Part shown: positions 20,079-29,198 of the stretch, in pieces
Layout: the number at the start of each line of letters is the position of its first letter
How positions within the stretch are numbered: position 1 is the first letter of the stretch
DNA from: Bdellovibrio sp.
GTDB lineage: Bacteria > Bdellovibrionota > Bdellovibrionia > Bdellovibrionales > Bdellovibrionaceae
Assembly: GCA_036677065.1 (NCBI GenBank)
Contig: JAKFBS010000003.1
Location: 96,001-160,000, forward strand
Length of the DNA: 64,000 nucleotides
Direction of reading: 5' to 3'
Notes under the pieces: generated by a model
Told to the model about the DNA's origin: nothing
Database searches by the model: none
What the model saw: the letters and a program-made list of their open reading frames with translations, nothing else
Position numbers and translations under genes: made by a program

Positions 20079-20742
20079 AAAGTTTCCTATATTTTTTTAA
20101 AGCATTATTTTTAAACTCAGTCTTACTTTTCAAAAGACCTTTGTATTCTAAAATAATATCTTCGTGGGTTGCGGGTCGGCCTAACTTTCTTTCGACCATA
20201 GATTTTTTGTGCGATAGCCAGCGCACAGCTATTGGAATTGCAACATCAGGGTTTTCAAGATCTTTTTGGCTTATATTGTTAAAAATAAAATCTTTTACTT
20301 CGCCGTTTGGATCTTGCACAATTTTAAGCGTTTGCTTGGTTATTTGCGCGATTCCAATGGCTTGAGGAGTTCTTGCATTTATTTTAAAATTTGATTCACT
20401 TCCGATAAGCGCTTTAATCATATTTGGGTCAAGTGCAGGGGTAATATTGAATAACTTATTAAAGTAATTAGTCCATAAGGCAATTTGATTATCGTATAAG
20501 TTACTGTCGGGACTTTCTAAGTTATTTTTAGAAGGTTTTTTAATTCCTTTAAGGCTGTAGCCGTTAGCTATTTTATAGATTTCTTTTTCATCTAAAAATG
20601 TGCCCGGAACTCTGCGTAGATGCTGATCTACAATCGTAATACCATTTGGATTTTTTTCGCTTGGTTTAACATGGCGTGGATGCGTACGAACGGTGGTCGT
20701 TTTTGTTGATGCTTTACGAGATGTAGATTTCTTTTTTGCCAT
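20059..20742 (-). CDS. lytic transglycosylase (SLT-domain) protein without signal peptide
   Basis: KALIGSESNF (catalytic Glu), AIGIAQIT, L.NP...I motifs; basic N-terminus. Start may be 20742 or 20778. Confidence 0.75.
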   Translation of the reverse strand: MAKKKSTSRKASTKTTTVRTHPRHVKPSEKNPNGITIVDQHLRRVPGTFLDEKEIYKIANGYSLKGIKKPSKNNLESPDSNLYDNQIALWTNYFNKLFNITPALDPNMIKALIGSESNFKINARTPQAIGIAQITKQTLKIVQDPNGEVKDFIFNNISQKDLENPDVAIPIAVRWLSHKKSMVERKLGRPATHEDIILEYKGLLKSKTEFKNNALKKYRKLYGELTK

Positions 20743-20830
20743 GAGTGGCAGAATAATAAACTCAATCATGTAGTTCAATATTTAACATGCTGCTAAGGAG
20801 TTTTTCGTTTATATCGCGAAAATCATAAAA

Positions 20831-21253
20831 CTACGCTGCAGCTTTAAATCTTAGTTCGTAAGGATGCTTTGGTAGTTTCACGACAATTTTATCGTAATCA
20901 AATGCTAACTTGGGCACGATCGAACCGCGGCCTGTTTTTTGTTTTTGCAATTTGATAAATCCAATGCGCGCAAGCATGTCGCAGTCTTTTTGAACAGCTC
21001 CTAAACTTCGATCAAGTAGCTTAGCCAATTCATAGATTGATTTTGGCTTTACATTAGAAATCATCAAAAGAATTTCTATTTTTTGTAATGTCATAAATCC
21101 ACGAAATGAGGTCACTGAATCGAATTGAATTAAATTTTTAGGTTGTATATTGGGAACACCCGTTTTGAGAGCAGTTTTAATATCTTTAATTATACGTTGG
21201 CTAAGATCTTCGATGTTAAAAAACTCAATAATCATTTCTTTTTTAGGTTTCAT
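20831..21253 (-). CDS. winged-HTH putative antitoxin (HVO_A0114/TumA-like)
   Basis: F.S......MT..K.EIL, P.SIYELAKLLDR....V.KD...L...GFI, P...YDKI. Confidence 0.75.
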   Translation of the reverse strand: MKPKKEMIIEFFNIEDLSQRIIKDIKTALKTGVPNIQPKNLIQFDSVTSFRGFMTLQKIEILLMISNVKPKSIYELAKLLDRSLGAVQKDCDMLARIGFIKLQKQKTGRGSIVPKLAFDYDKIVVKLPKHPYELRFKAAA

Positions 21254-21560
21254 CGTTTATTACTTTCTGTACTTCGTTCATGAAAAGTGCAATAGCTTCT
21301 TCGTAAGAGTTAACTTTTAAAGTCACTCGATAATTTTTATCGTAGGGTAATCTCGTATGCATGTGATAGCCAAAAGGTTCATGGTTATCTACAAGCAATA
21401 CAGGAGTATTGAGTTCTGTATTTACAAGTACGCATTTAAGCTTAATGCCTTCAGGAAACTTATCTCGTTTCGGTATTTTTAGCACTTGTATATAGGCATC
21501 AAAGAAGCCATTTTTAAACTCAAATCTTTCGGCCTTAATGACCAGCGCCTTCGTACTCAT
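21243..21560 (-). CDS. putative toxin (DUF6516/TumE-like)
   Basis: FPEGIK..C, DNHEPFGYHMH and L...F..EV pattern; overlaps the HTH gene. Confidence 0.65.
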   Translation of the reverse strand: MSTKALVIKAERFEFKNGFFDAYIQVLKIPKRDKFPEGIKLKCVLVNTELNTPVLLVDNHEPFGYHMHTRLPYDKNYRVTLKVNSYEEAIALFMNEVQKVINDET

Positions 21561-21584
21561 AACCTACCTTAGATGAGGGTATAT

Positions 21585-21618
21585 TGTCAAATTATTCAAT
21601 GACATATTGCTATGCAAT
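21585..21618 (-). promoter_or_regulatory. operator-like inverted repeats upstream of the TA pair
   Basis: TGTCA-N10-TGACA (21585-21604) and ATTGC-TAT-GCAAT (21606-21618). Confidence 0.4.
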
Positions 21619-21683
21619 CTAATAGGAGTCGCTATAAGCCGTTATAAAGAGGCAGGAGTGTTGTAGGGGCGGATTTCGGACAT

Positions 21684-21719
21684 AAAAAAACCCACACTTC
21701 GTTAAAAGAGTGGGTTTTT
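21684..21719 (-). terminator. intrinsic terminator of the SPOR gene
   Basis: AAAAAAACCCAC…GTGGGTTTTT inverted repeat. Confidence 0.75.
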
Positions 21720-21742
21720 AAAATTTATTTTTTATTAAAATA

Positions 21743-22465
21743 CTATTTAGAAACTTTTTGTACGAAAGCTGAAGTTAAACGATTTTTTTCGACTAACTCT
21801 TTTTTGTATTCTTGCGCTTCGTTAAAATTATTAAACATTCCCACTTGAACGCGGTACATCGTTTTGCCATTTACGTTTGCCGCAACTGCATTTGCTTTAT
21901 AACCACGTGCTAATAATGATTCAGCCATTTTGTTAGCTTCAATTTCAGAAGGGTATGAACCCACTTGCACTGTGTAGTTCTGCATTGTTTTTGCTTTAGG
22001 AGCAATGCTAGCCACTTCACGTTCAGGAAGTTCGCCATCAGCTTCTTGTAGGGTCACTTCTTTGACATCTTTAACTGCTGGCTTAACTGTTTTGACAGTT
22101 TTAGTAGTTACTTGGTTTGCGTTAGCAGTTGTTGCTGCAGCGTGTGCGTCGTTGTGCATGCCTTGAGTTGCAGCTTGTGTTGCTTCGCCGCCGTGCACTT
22201 CTTCACCTTCAGTTGAAAACTCTTCGGCCATTTTAGCTACGTCAGCATCCGTGATTTCGCTTTCTGTTGTTGCTGTAGCCGCTTCAGAATGAGCTACGGC
22301 TTCAACCGCTTGGCGCTCTTCTGTTTTTTTATTCGGCTCAAGTAACGCAAGACGGTGTTGGTTATCAGAATACTTCTTACCTACGAAGGTTCCGATCGAG
22401 AACGAAAATAACGAAATAAAGAAAACTAAGGCTAACTCAATAATGCGATTTGTATTCATTGTCAT
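21743..22465 (-). CDS. SPOR-domain protein (FtsN/DedD-like)
   Basis: N-terminal TM, low-complexity linker, YTVQVGSY…YRVQVG SPOR domain. Confidence 0.85.
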   Translation of the reverse strand: MTMNTNRIIELALVFFISLFSFSIGTFVGKKYSDNQHRLALLEPNKKTEERQAVEAVAHSEAATATTESEITDADVAKMAEEFSTEGEEVHGGEATQAATQGMHNDAHAAATTANANQVTTKTVKTVKPAVKDVKEVTLQEADGELPEREVASIAPKAKTMQNYTVQVGSYPSEIEANKMAESLLARGYKANAVAANVNGKTMYRVQVGMFNNFNEAQEYKKELVEKNRLTSAFVQKVSK

Positions 22466-22521
22466 AAATTGCTTCCTACCTAATTTGGGTATAGCTTACA
22501 TCTTATCAACAGGCGGAATCT

Positions 22522-23370
22522 ATGGGAAAGTCTAGTTTTGACTCAGTACAATCAAATGAAATTTATACCGAAGCTATGAAGGCCGTTATGGCCGGCAGAG
22601 CGTTGTTATTGGGATATTTTGGTAAAATAAACAACGTTGAAGAAAAAGATAAGTCGGCAGGTCTAGTTAGTGAAGCTGATCGTGAAAGTGAAGCCCTAAT
22701 CAAAGGGATGCTGGCAAAGGCTTATCCCGATTTTGACTTTTTAGGCGAAGAATCAGCCTACCTTGAAGGCAATGATCAGTTCAGCGCATCGGCACGCCCA
22801 CGTTGGATTTTAGATCCTTTAGATGGCACCACAAATTTTGTGCATAAGTTTCCGATCTTTTGTATTTCATTAGCGCTTGAAGTAAATGGTGAAATTGAAA
22901 TCGGTATTGTTGATATGCCGATGTTGAATCAAACTTTTACTTCGATTCGTGGCCAAGGGGCTTGGTGTATTCAGCCTGATGGCACGCGTGAGCGTCTTTC
23001 TGTTTCTCAAACTGTTCAATTTGAACAAGCGTTTATGTCGACCGGTTTTGTGAATGAAAAACGTGAAGTTTTATCTGAGCAACTGCGCATTTTTGAAGAT
23101 GTCGTTTGGAAAGCGCAGGCGATTCGTCGCCCTGGAGCTGCGGCTTATGATTTAGCTTTGATCGCTGCCGGTGTTTTTGATCTTTATTGGGAGAAAAATT
23201 TGAAACCGTGGGATTCTGCTGCGGGGTTGTTGTTAGTGCGTGAAGCGGGTGGAGTTGTTGTCACTTTTGAGGGTGAGAACTACGATCCGTTTAAGAAAAG
23301 CACCATTGCTGGAAACAAGACTATTGTCGAGAAATTCCAGCGCGAGATTCAACCGATCATTCGTAAGTAA
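22522..23370 (+). CDS. suhB: inositol monophosphatase
   Basis: GEE, WILDPLDGTTNF, RRPGAAA.DL, WDSAAG. Confidence 0.9.
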   Translation: MGKSSFDSVQSNEIYTEAMKAVMAGRALLLGYFGKINNVEEKDKSAGLVSEADRESEALIKGMLAKAYPDFDFLGEESAYLEGNDQFSASARPRWILDPLDGTTNFVHKFPIFCISLALEVNGEIEIGIVDMPMLNQTFTSIRGQGAWCIQPDGTRERLSVSQTVQFEQAFMSTGFVNEKREVLSEQLRIFEDVVWKAQAIRRPGAAAYDLALIAAGVFDLYWEKNLKPWDSAAGLLLVREAGGVVVTFEGENYDPFKKSTIAGNKTIVEKFQREIQPIIRK

Positions 23371-23388
23371 ATCAGTTGTACAGGGTTA

Positions 23389-24372
23389 TTAATTATTATT
23401 TTGTTCAAACTGAAACTCAGGAAATAAGACTGAGTAATCAAAGTCTTTGAATGTCATTTGCGAAAGAGGCTCATAAAATCCTGGAATGATTAAATCATTT
23501 TCAATTCCTTTATTTTCAAATATCACAGCATTTGCAGGCGTGTACGTTTGTTTCAGGCATACACCATTCCACATTTCAACAGCGCTGCTTCGACCGCCTG
23601 ATGGTGCATTCATCAGATTTAATCGCACAACCGAAAGGTTGGCCTGAGTCAGTCGATCCACTAATGTTTCACCTTTTGTAAACGGACTTGCAATATGAGC
23701 TTTCCCGACAACGAATACGGCATGTTCGCAGCTATTTTCTTTAAAAAGTTTATCGATGGTCTTAGCCATGTGAATTTCTCGTTCAAAATCAGAAGGCGGT
23801 GTGTCTGAGAAATTTTCTGGATGATCGACAGAAAAAATTTTGAAACCAATCGCAAGAGCACTCTTTGTGAATTTACTATAGTATCGGCGGAATTTATCGG
23901 TTTCGGCTTCTCCTGTTTTAGTGTCTAAGAGCTGGATAAACTGATCGCTCGAATAGCTGCTTGGCATCTCTAGAAACAGACATTGTTTTCCTGAAGCCGA
24001 ACGCGAACGAACAATCAATTCCGATATGTTCTCAGGGTTTGAAATCGCGTGAGCATCACCAATAATCACGATTTGTTTGGACTGAATTTTATTCCATGAA
24101 AATTGATTTAAAGTTTGTCCTTGAGTTTTTACCAGTTCAATTTTTACTCTTTGGCGCTCGCAGATGCACGGGCCATCCCAGTTATTGTCTTCGCACGAAG
24201 TTTTCGCAGGTTCAGGTTGCTGATATAGGCTCGCATTGTAGCCTGCATCGCCGCCCCCGAATTGACCGTAAGGATTGTTATTAGGATCGTAGGTTAAATC
24301 GGAATTTGTATTAGCGAACAAAGGCTGCGCCACTAGTAACACAAGTGTAAAAAAAATTGACAGTTTATTCAT
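23389..24372 (-). CDS. secreted EreA/ChaN/Tiki-superfamily-like protein
   Basis: Signal peptide; IIGDAH, LFLEMP, RE..MA, VVGKAH pattern. Confidence 0.55.
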   Translation of the reverse strand: MNKLSIFFTLVLLVAQPLFANTNSDLTYDPNNNPYGQFGGGDAGYNASLYQQPEPAKTSCEDNNWDGPCICERQRVKIELVKTQGQTLNQFSWNKIQSKQIVIIGDAHAISNPENISELIVRSRSASGKQCLFLEMPSSYSSDQFIQLLDTKTGEAETDKFRRYYSKFTKSALAIGFKIFSVDHPENFSDTPPSDFEREIHMAKTIDKLFKENSCEHAVFVVGKAHIASPFTKGETLVDRLTQANLSVVRLNLMNAPSGGRSSAVEMWNGVCLKQTYTPANAVIFENKGIENDLIIPGFYEPLSQMTFKDFDYSVLFPEFQFEQNNN

Positions 24373-24417
24373 TCCAATTGCTCCCTGTGTATTATAAACG
24401 GGCCATAACTGAAGCTA

Positions 24418-24432
24418 GCGAAACAGGTGCCA
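24418..24432 (-). promoter_or_regulatory. sigma54 promoter for the 24372 gene
   Basis: Minus strand TGGCACCTGTTTCGC. Confidence 0.6.
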
Positions 24433-24632
24433 GAGCCCTCGCTTTTTAGTTCTTTCAATCTTTCGTCCTGTCAGATTTCTGTCATCTCTTTGTCATAGTT
24501 TTGGTTCTTTTTTGCCGAGACCTAAGTTGGGTTGTCTATATTTAAACGCTCAAATGTTATTATTTTGACGGTGGGATATTCTTACTCGACCAACATCCGT
24601 GGTGTCTTTCTGTCATTCGACAAAGGTCTATT

Positions 24633-24647
24633 TGGCATTGGCGTTGC
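24633..24647 (+). promoter_or_regulatory. sigma54 promoter of the fliL operon
   Basis: TGGCATTGGCGTTGC is a near-consensus -24/-12 element. Confidence 0.75.
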
Positions 24648-24690
24648 TTTATTTATGAATTGGTAAAAGAAGTTTTCATGGAGGAAAACA

Positions 24691-25248
24691 GTGGCTGAAG
24701 ATAAAGCACAAAAGACAGATGCAGCACAAGCCGGCGACGCAGCCAAAAAAGCAGGACAAAAGCCTATGGTCTTAATTGGCCTGGTTGTTGTGAATATGCT
24801 CGTAGTTTTAGGGGTAGGTTTTATGGTTTGGAAAGGCCGTAAGATTGAATCTGAAAAGCCATCGATTGATCACGTAGTGGCAGGCGAAGAAAAAACTAAA
24901 CTCAAAGAAGACGCAATTAAAGAAGTTGAAATCGGAAAAGTGATTCCGTTAGAAACATTCGTTGTGAACTTAGCCGGATCTAAAGGCCGTAAAGTTTTAA
25001 AAGTGAATATGGAATTAGAAGTTAAAGGTAACAAAGAAGGTGATGGCAATATCATCGCTGAAATTGATACCCGCAAAGCGCAAATCCGCGATTTCATTAT
25101 TATTATCTTATCAAGCAAGTCGTATGAAGAAGTTTCTACTAAAGATGGTAAAGACTTTTTAAGAAACGAAATTAAAGACAATATTAATACCTTTTTAAGT
25201 AAAGGTAAGATCACAAACGTGTTCTTCACAGAAATTATCTACAACTAA
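24691..25248 (+). CDS. fliL: flagellar basal-body protein FliL
   Basis: TM, LETFVVNLA, IRD.II.ILS.K, V.FTE; GGAGG SD plus GTG. Confidence 0.9.
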   Translation: MAEDKAQKTDAAQAGDAAKKAGQKPMVLIGLVVVNMLVVLGVGFMVWKGRKIESEKPSIDHVVAGEEKTKLKEDAIKEVEIGKVIPLETFVVNLAGSKGRKVLKVNMELEVKGNKEGDGNIIAEIDTRKAQIRDFIIIILSSKSYEEVSTKDGKDFLRNEIKDNINTFLSKGKITNVFFTEIIYN

Positions 25249-25269
25249 TAGTAGGAAAAGAGAAACGGT

Positions 25270-26304
25270 ATGAATCAAATTCTATCGCAAAGTGAAGTTG
25301 ATGCCCTGTTAGCCGCAGTAAGTGACGGCGATCTTAGTAGCGGTGACTCGGCGTCTTCAGGCGGCGGTGGTTCTGGCGGATCATCTGGTGGCGGCGGTGG
25401 CGGCGGCCTTGTTGCTAAAGATAAAAATGTTATCGCCTATGATTTAACATCACAGGATAGAATTATTCGTGGTCGACTTCCGCAATTAGAAGTTATCTAC
25501 GAGAAATTCATGCGTGCGTTTCGTGTATCGTTATCATCAGCTTTAAGAAAAATTGCTTCTATTACTTTAACATCAACTGAGTTTATTAAATTCGGCGAGT
25601 TCATCAACACCCTCCCGATCCCAACGTGTATGAGCGTTTTACGTTTTAATAATCTTCGTGGATCGGCTTTATTCGTGATCGAAGCAAAACTGGCGTACGC
25701 GCTAGTGGATTCTTTTTTCGGTGGATCTGATCGTCCGTATTCTAAATTAGACGGTAAAGAGTTTACGCCGATTGAATTACAGATCGTTAAAAAAGTTGTA
25801 GAACTTGCGATCGGTGATTTAGAGCAAGCTTGGTCAACCATCGAAGTGATCGGTTGTTCGTTTCAACGTACCGAGATCAATCCCCAGTTCGTGGGTATCG
25901 TGCCTCCGACAGATGTGGTTATTGCATCTACGTTTGATGTCGAATTAGAAAACATCAATGGTACGGTTTCAATTGTTATTCCATACGCAACGATTGAGCC
26001 TATTAAACAAAAGTTATCAACGGGTTTCCAGGTGGAGTCAGATCAAACTGATAAAAAACTTTGGACTGCGATTATTAAAGAACAATTATTAGATACTGTT
26101 GTCGACATCAAAGTAAATCTTGGTGAAACACAAATCCAATTAAAAGATATGATGGGTCTTAAAGTAGGGGATGTAATTCCTTTAACGCAAGATTCATCGG
26201 GTGAATTAGATATCCAGGTCGAGGACGTGAAAAAGTTCAAAGGCTATTACGGAATTCACCACGGTACAGTAGCAGTTCAAGTAACAAGACAAATTGAAAA
26301 GTAA
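25270..26304 (+). CDS. fliM: flagellar motor switch protein FliM
   Basis: LSQSEVDALL CheY-binding peptide, FGG, C-terminal SpoA domain. Confidence 0.95.
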   Translation: MNQILSQSEVDALLAAVSDGDLSSGDSASSGGGGSGGSSGGGGGGGLVAKDKNVIAYDLTSQDRIIRGRLPQLEVIYEKFMRAFRVSLSSALRKIASITLTSTEFIKFGEFINTLPIPTCMSVLRFNNLRGSALFVIEAKLAYALVDSFFGGSDRPYSKLDGKEFTPIELQIVKKVVELAIGDLEQAWSTIEVIGCSFQRTEINPQFVGIVPPTDVVIASTFDVELENINGTVSIVIPYATIEPIKQKLSTGFQVESDQTDKKLWTAIIKEQLLDTVVDIKVNLGETQIQLKDMMGLKVGDVIPLTQDSSGELDIQVEDVKKFKGYYGIHHGTVAVQVTRQIEK

Positions 26305-26334
26305 TTTTTACGAAAGTAACACGGAGGAAACAAC

Positions 26335-26715
26335 ATGAGTAACGATCCAATGGATAAAGTGCTTGAACAGCTTGAAGAACAAGAGCTGGGCGGCGGAAGT
26401 AGCAATAGCGGTGGTGGTGGCGGTAATGGCTCATCAGCTGGCAATGCGACAAAAGACAGAAATCTAAATTTAATTTTAGATATTCCATTAAAAGTAACAG
26501 TAGAGCTTGGCCGCACAAAAATGCCGGTCAGTGAACTGCTTAACTTAACCCAAGGTTCAGTGATCGAGTTAATGAAGCTTGCCGGTGAACCAATGGAAGT
26601 TTTAGTAAATGAGAAATTGATCGCCCGCGGTGAAGCCGTGGTGGTGAATGAAAAATTCGGGGTTCGTTTGACGGACATCATCAGCCCGACAGAAAGAATC
26701 GAGCAATTAAAATGA
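26335..26715 (+). CDS. fliN: flagellar motor switch protein FliN
   Basis: LDIPLKVTVELGRT, GEAVVVNEKFGVR. Confidence 0.95.
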   Translation: MSNDPMDKVLEQLEEQELGGGSSNSGGGGGNGSSAGNATKDRNLNLILDIPLKVTVELGRTKMPVSELLNLTQGSVIELMKLAGEPMEVLVNEKLIARGEAVVVNEKFGVRLTDIISPTERIEQLK

Positions 26716-27356
26716 TGCAAAAAATAATTTTATCGGCATTCGTAGTTTTAACAGTGGCTTTTGCAAGTCTTGCACAGGCAGCTGAAGAAATGGCAACAAC
26801 AGCACAAGTAGCAACTACTGCTACTGAGGCTCAGCCTTTGTCAGTTGAAGTCACTAAAGCTACTCCAGAAAGTGAAATTCCGCTTAAATTGGAGAAAGCT
26901 ACAACTTCGCAAGAGCAAACTTCGCAATCTGGTAAATTATTTTTAACGTTATTTGTTTTAGTTGGGATGGGCGGCGCAGGTTTATTTTTAGCCAGAAAAT
27001 ACGCTTTCTCAAATAAAATTCACAAATCAAATACGCAGATCAAAGTTTTATCGCAACATCATTTAGGAGCGAAAAAATCATTAGCTATTATCCGTGTGGC
27101 TGGTGAATCAATCCTGATTGGTGTAACTGATCAAAATATTTCGATGATTAAATCATTATCATTAATTGATGATGAAGTTCCCGCTGAAGTCACTTCGCAA
27201 AGTTTTGCGGCAACAATGGCTTTAGGTGGCGGTGAACAGGTTGTGCAAAGTAAAGAAATCACTGAACTTGCTTCTGAAGTTGAAGATGATTTTTCTTTTG
27301 CCGGTATTAAATCAAATGTTTCGCAAAAACTTAAATCCATGAGGAATTTTCAATGA
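26712..27356 (+). CDS. fliO: flagellar biosynthesis protein FliO
   Basis: TM followed by IKVLSQHHLG.KKSL.II.V.GE.ILIGVT; operon position. Confidence 0.85.
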   Translation: MMQKIILSAFVVLTVAFASLAQAAEEMATTAQVATTATEAQPLSVEVTKATPESEIPLKLEKATTSQEQTSQSGKLFLTLFVLVGMGGAGLFLARKYAFSNKIHKSNTQIKVLSQHHLGAKKSLAIIRVAGESILIGVTDQNISMIKSLSLIDDEVPAEVTSQSFAATMALGGGEQVVQSKEITELASEVEDDFSFAGIKSNVSQKLKSMRNFQ

Positions 27357-28099
27357 TTAAACGATTATCGGTCGTTGCATTCTTTCTTTCATTGCTGGTA
27401 GGCACTTGGGCTTATGCTCAGGTGACTTTACCGACTGTGAGCTTAGGATTTAATAACACAAAAAACCCGGGTGAAGTTGTAAACGCCATCAAATTAGTTT
27501 TGATGATGACAGTTTTAACTTTAGCACCGGCGATTTTAATTATGATGACGGGTTTTACCCGCATTTTAATCGTCTTGTCTTTTTTACGCCAAGCGATGGG
27601 TGTGCAGCAGTTGCCACCGAATCAACTTTTAGTTGGTTTAAGTTTATTTATCACATTTTTTGTGATGAATCCGGCAATCACTGAGATTAATCAAAAAGCT
27701 TTGCAGCCATATATGGCTGGCACGATCACCCAAGAGGCTGCTTTTGATAATGCCGTAACACCGTTACGTCGTTTTATGTTTTCACAAACGCGTGATGCCG
27801 ATTTAGCGTTATTCGTAAAATTATCTAAAACAGTGCAGCCAAAAACGCGTGCTGATGTGCCGACGTTAGTTTTAATCCCGGCATTTATTATTTCTGAATT
27901 AAAAACCGCTTTTATGATCGGTTTTATTATCTTTTTGCCATTCTTAATTATCGATATTTTAGCGGCAAGTGTGCTTATGTCGATGGGTATGATGATGGTT
28001 CCACCAGCGGTGATCGCGCTTCCGTTTAAGATCATGTTATTTGTAATGGTTGATGGATGGACGTTACTCATCGGTTCGATGGTAAGGAGTTTCGGTTAA
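27353..28099 (+). CDS. fliP: flagellar export gate FliP
   Basis: MMTGFTRI, PPNQ, PAFIISEL, MGMMMVPP, LPFK…DGW. Confidence 0.95.
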   Translation: MIKRLSVVAFFLSLLVGTWAYAQVTLPTVSLGFNNTKNPGEVVNAIKLVLMMTVLTLAPAILIMMTGFTRILIVLSFLRQAMGVQQLPPNQLLVGLSLFITFFVMNPAITEINQKALQPYMAGTITQEAAFDNAVTPLRRFMFSQTRDADLALFVKLSKTVQPKTRADVPTLVLIPAFIISELKTAFMIGFIIFLPFLIIDILAASVLMSMGMMMVPPAVIALPFKIMLFVMVDGWTLLIGSMVRSFG

Positions 28100-28374
28100 T
28101 GGGAGAAGATATAATTTTACAATTAGGACAAGATGCGCTTAAGACAACGGCGATGTTATCAGCACCATTGCTTTTAAGTACGCTCGTCATTGGTCTAGTC
28201 ATCAGTATTTTTCAGGCTTTAACTCAGATTAATGAAAATACGCTGACCTTTGTTCCTAAGATGATTGTCATTGCTATAGTGCTGATTTTAGCTGGCCCTT
28301 GGATGATGGATGTAATGAAAAATTACACTGTTAATTTATTCGAGAACATGGCCACAATCGTGAGGGAACCATAA
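28099..28374 (+). CDS. fliQ: flagellar export protein FliQ
   Basis: FQALTQINENTLTFVPK; start reassigned to ATG 28099 overlapping the fliP stop. Confidence 0.95.
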   Translation: MGEDIILQLGQDALKTTAMLSAPLLLSTLVIGLVISIFQALTQINENTLTFVPKMIVIAIVLILAGPWMMDVMKNYTVNLFENMATIVREP

Positions 28375-29159
28375 TGTTTTCAGTTTCGCAGCTGAATGAA
28401 GTTCAATTGATCGCCTTCGGACTAATTTTGCTCCGTATGTCGGGCTTTGTCTTTACGGCTGCGATTTTGAACTCTCAGTCGGTTTCAGCTCCGTTAAAAA
28501 TCTTGTTATCTTTAGTTTTAACAATGACCGTTTTTAATACGGTAGCGAACAACTCCGTTTTAGTAGAGCTGAATAGTTTAGAAGACACTTTGATAACCGT
28601 AGCTTTAAAAGAAATTTTTATCGGTGTATCGATTGGCTTTACGACGCGAATTTTCTTTTTTGCCATTGCTATGGCCGGCGAATTAATTTCAGTTTCGATG
28701 GGTTTAGGCCAAGCACAAATTTTTAATCCGATGATGGGTTCGATGGGTAATGTGATGGAGCAATTTTTCGTAGCTCTTGCGACTTTGCTTTATATGGGCT
28801 TAAACGGTCACCATTTCATGATTCAGGGGTTAACAAGTAGTTTTGAAGTGGTGCAGTTATCAACTGTGAGTATTAAGGCCCTTGGTTTTTATGAAGTGGC
28901 TAAGTACACACAGGAATTTTTTATTTTCGGAATCAAAATCGCAGCTCCGGTGATGATTTCAATGTTAGTTGTGCAAGTGGGCGTAGGTATTCTAAGCCGT
29001 GCGGTGCCGCAAATTAATGTGTTAATGACGGCAGCTCCGGTAACTATTTTATTAGGTTTTGCGATTTTATTTATTAGTTTACCGTTGATGGTTTTACAAC
29101 TGGGCGGGTTGTTAGAAGTTTCAACCGCAGAGTTATTTAAGTTTATAAAGATGATTTAG
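28374..29159 (+). CDS. fliR: flagellar export protein FliR
   Basis: AGELI..MGLG, NGHH, SRAVPQINV. Confidence 0.93.
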   Translation: MFSVSQLNEVQLIAFGLILLRMSGFVFTAAILNSQSVSAPLKILLSLVLTMTVFNTVANNSVLVELNSLEDTLITVALKEIFIGVSIGFTTRIFFFAIAMAGELISVSMGLGQAQIFNPMMGSMGNVMEQFFVALATLLYMGLNGHHFMIQGLTSSFEVVQLSTVSIKALGFYEVAKYTQEFFIFGIKIAAPVMISMLVVQVGVGILSRAVPQINVLMTAAPVTILLGFAILFISLPLMVLQLGGLLEVSTAELFKFIKMI

Positions 29160-29198
29160 TGAAAACTAAATCGAACTGATTCTAGGAAGGAATTAAGT

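Noticed and set aside
25340..26450. Gly/Ser GGC-rich tracts in fliM and fliN as repeat elements
   Set aside because: In-frame flexible linkers; no sign of phase variation
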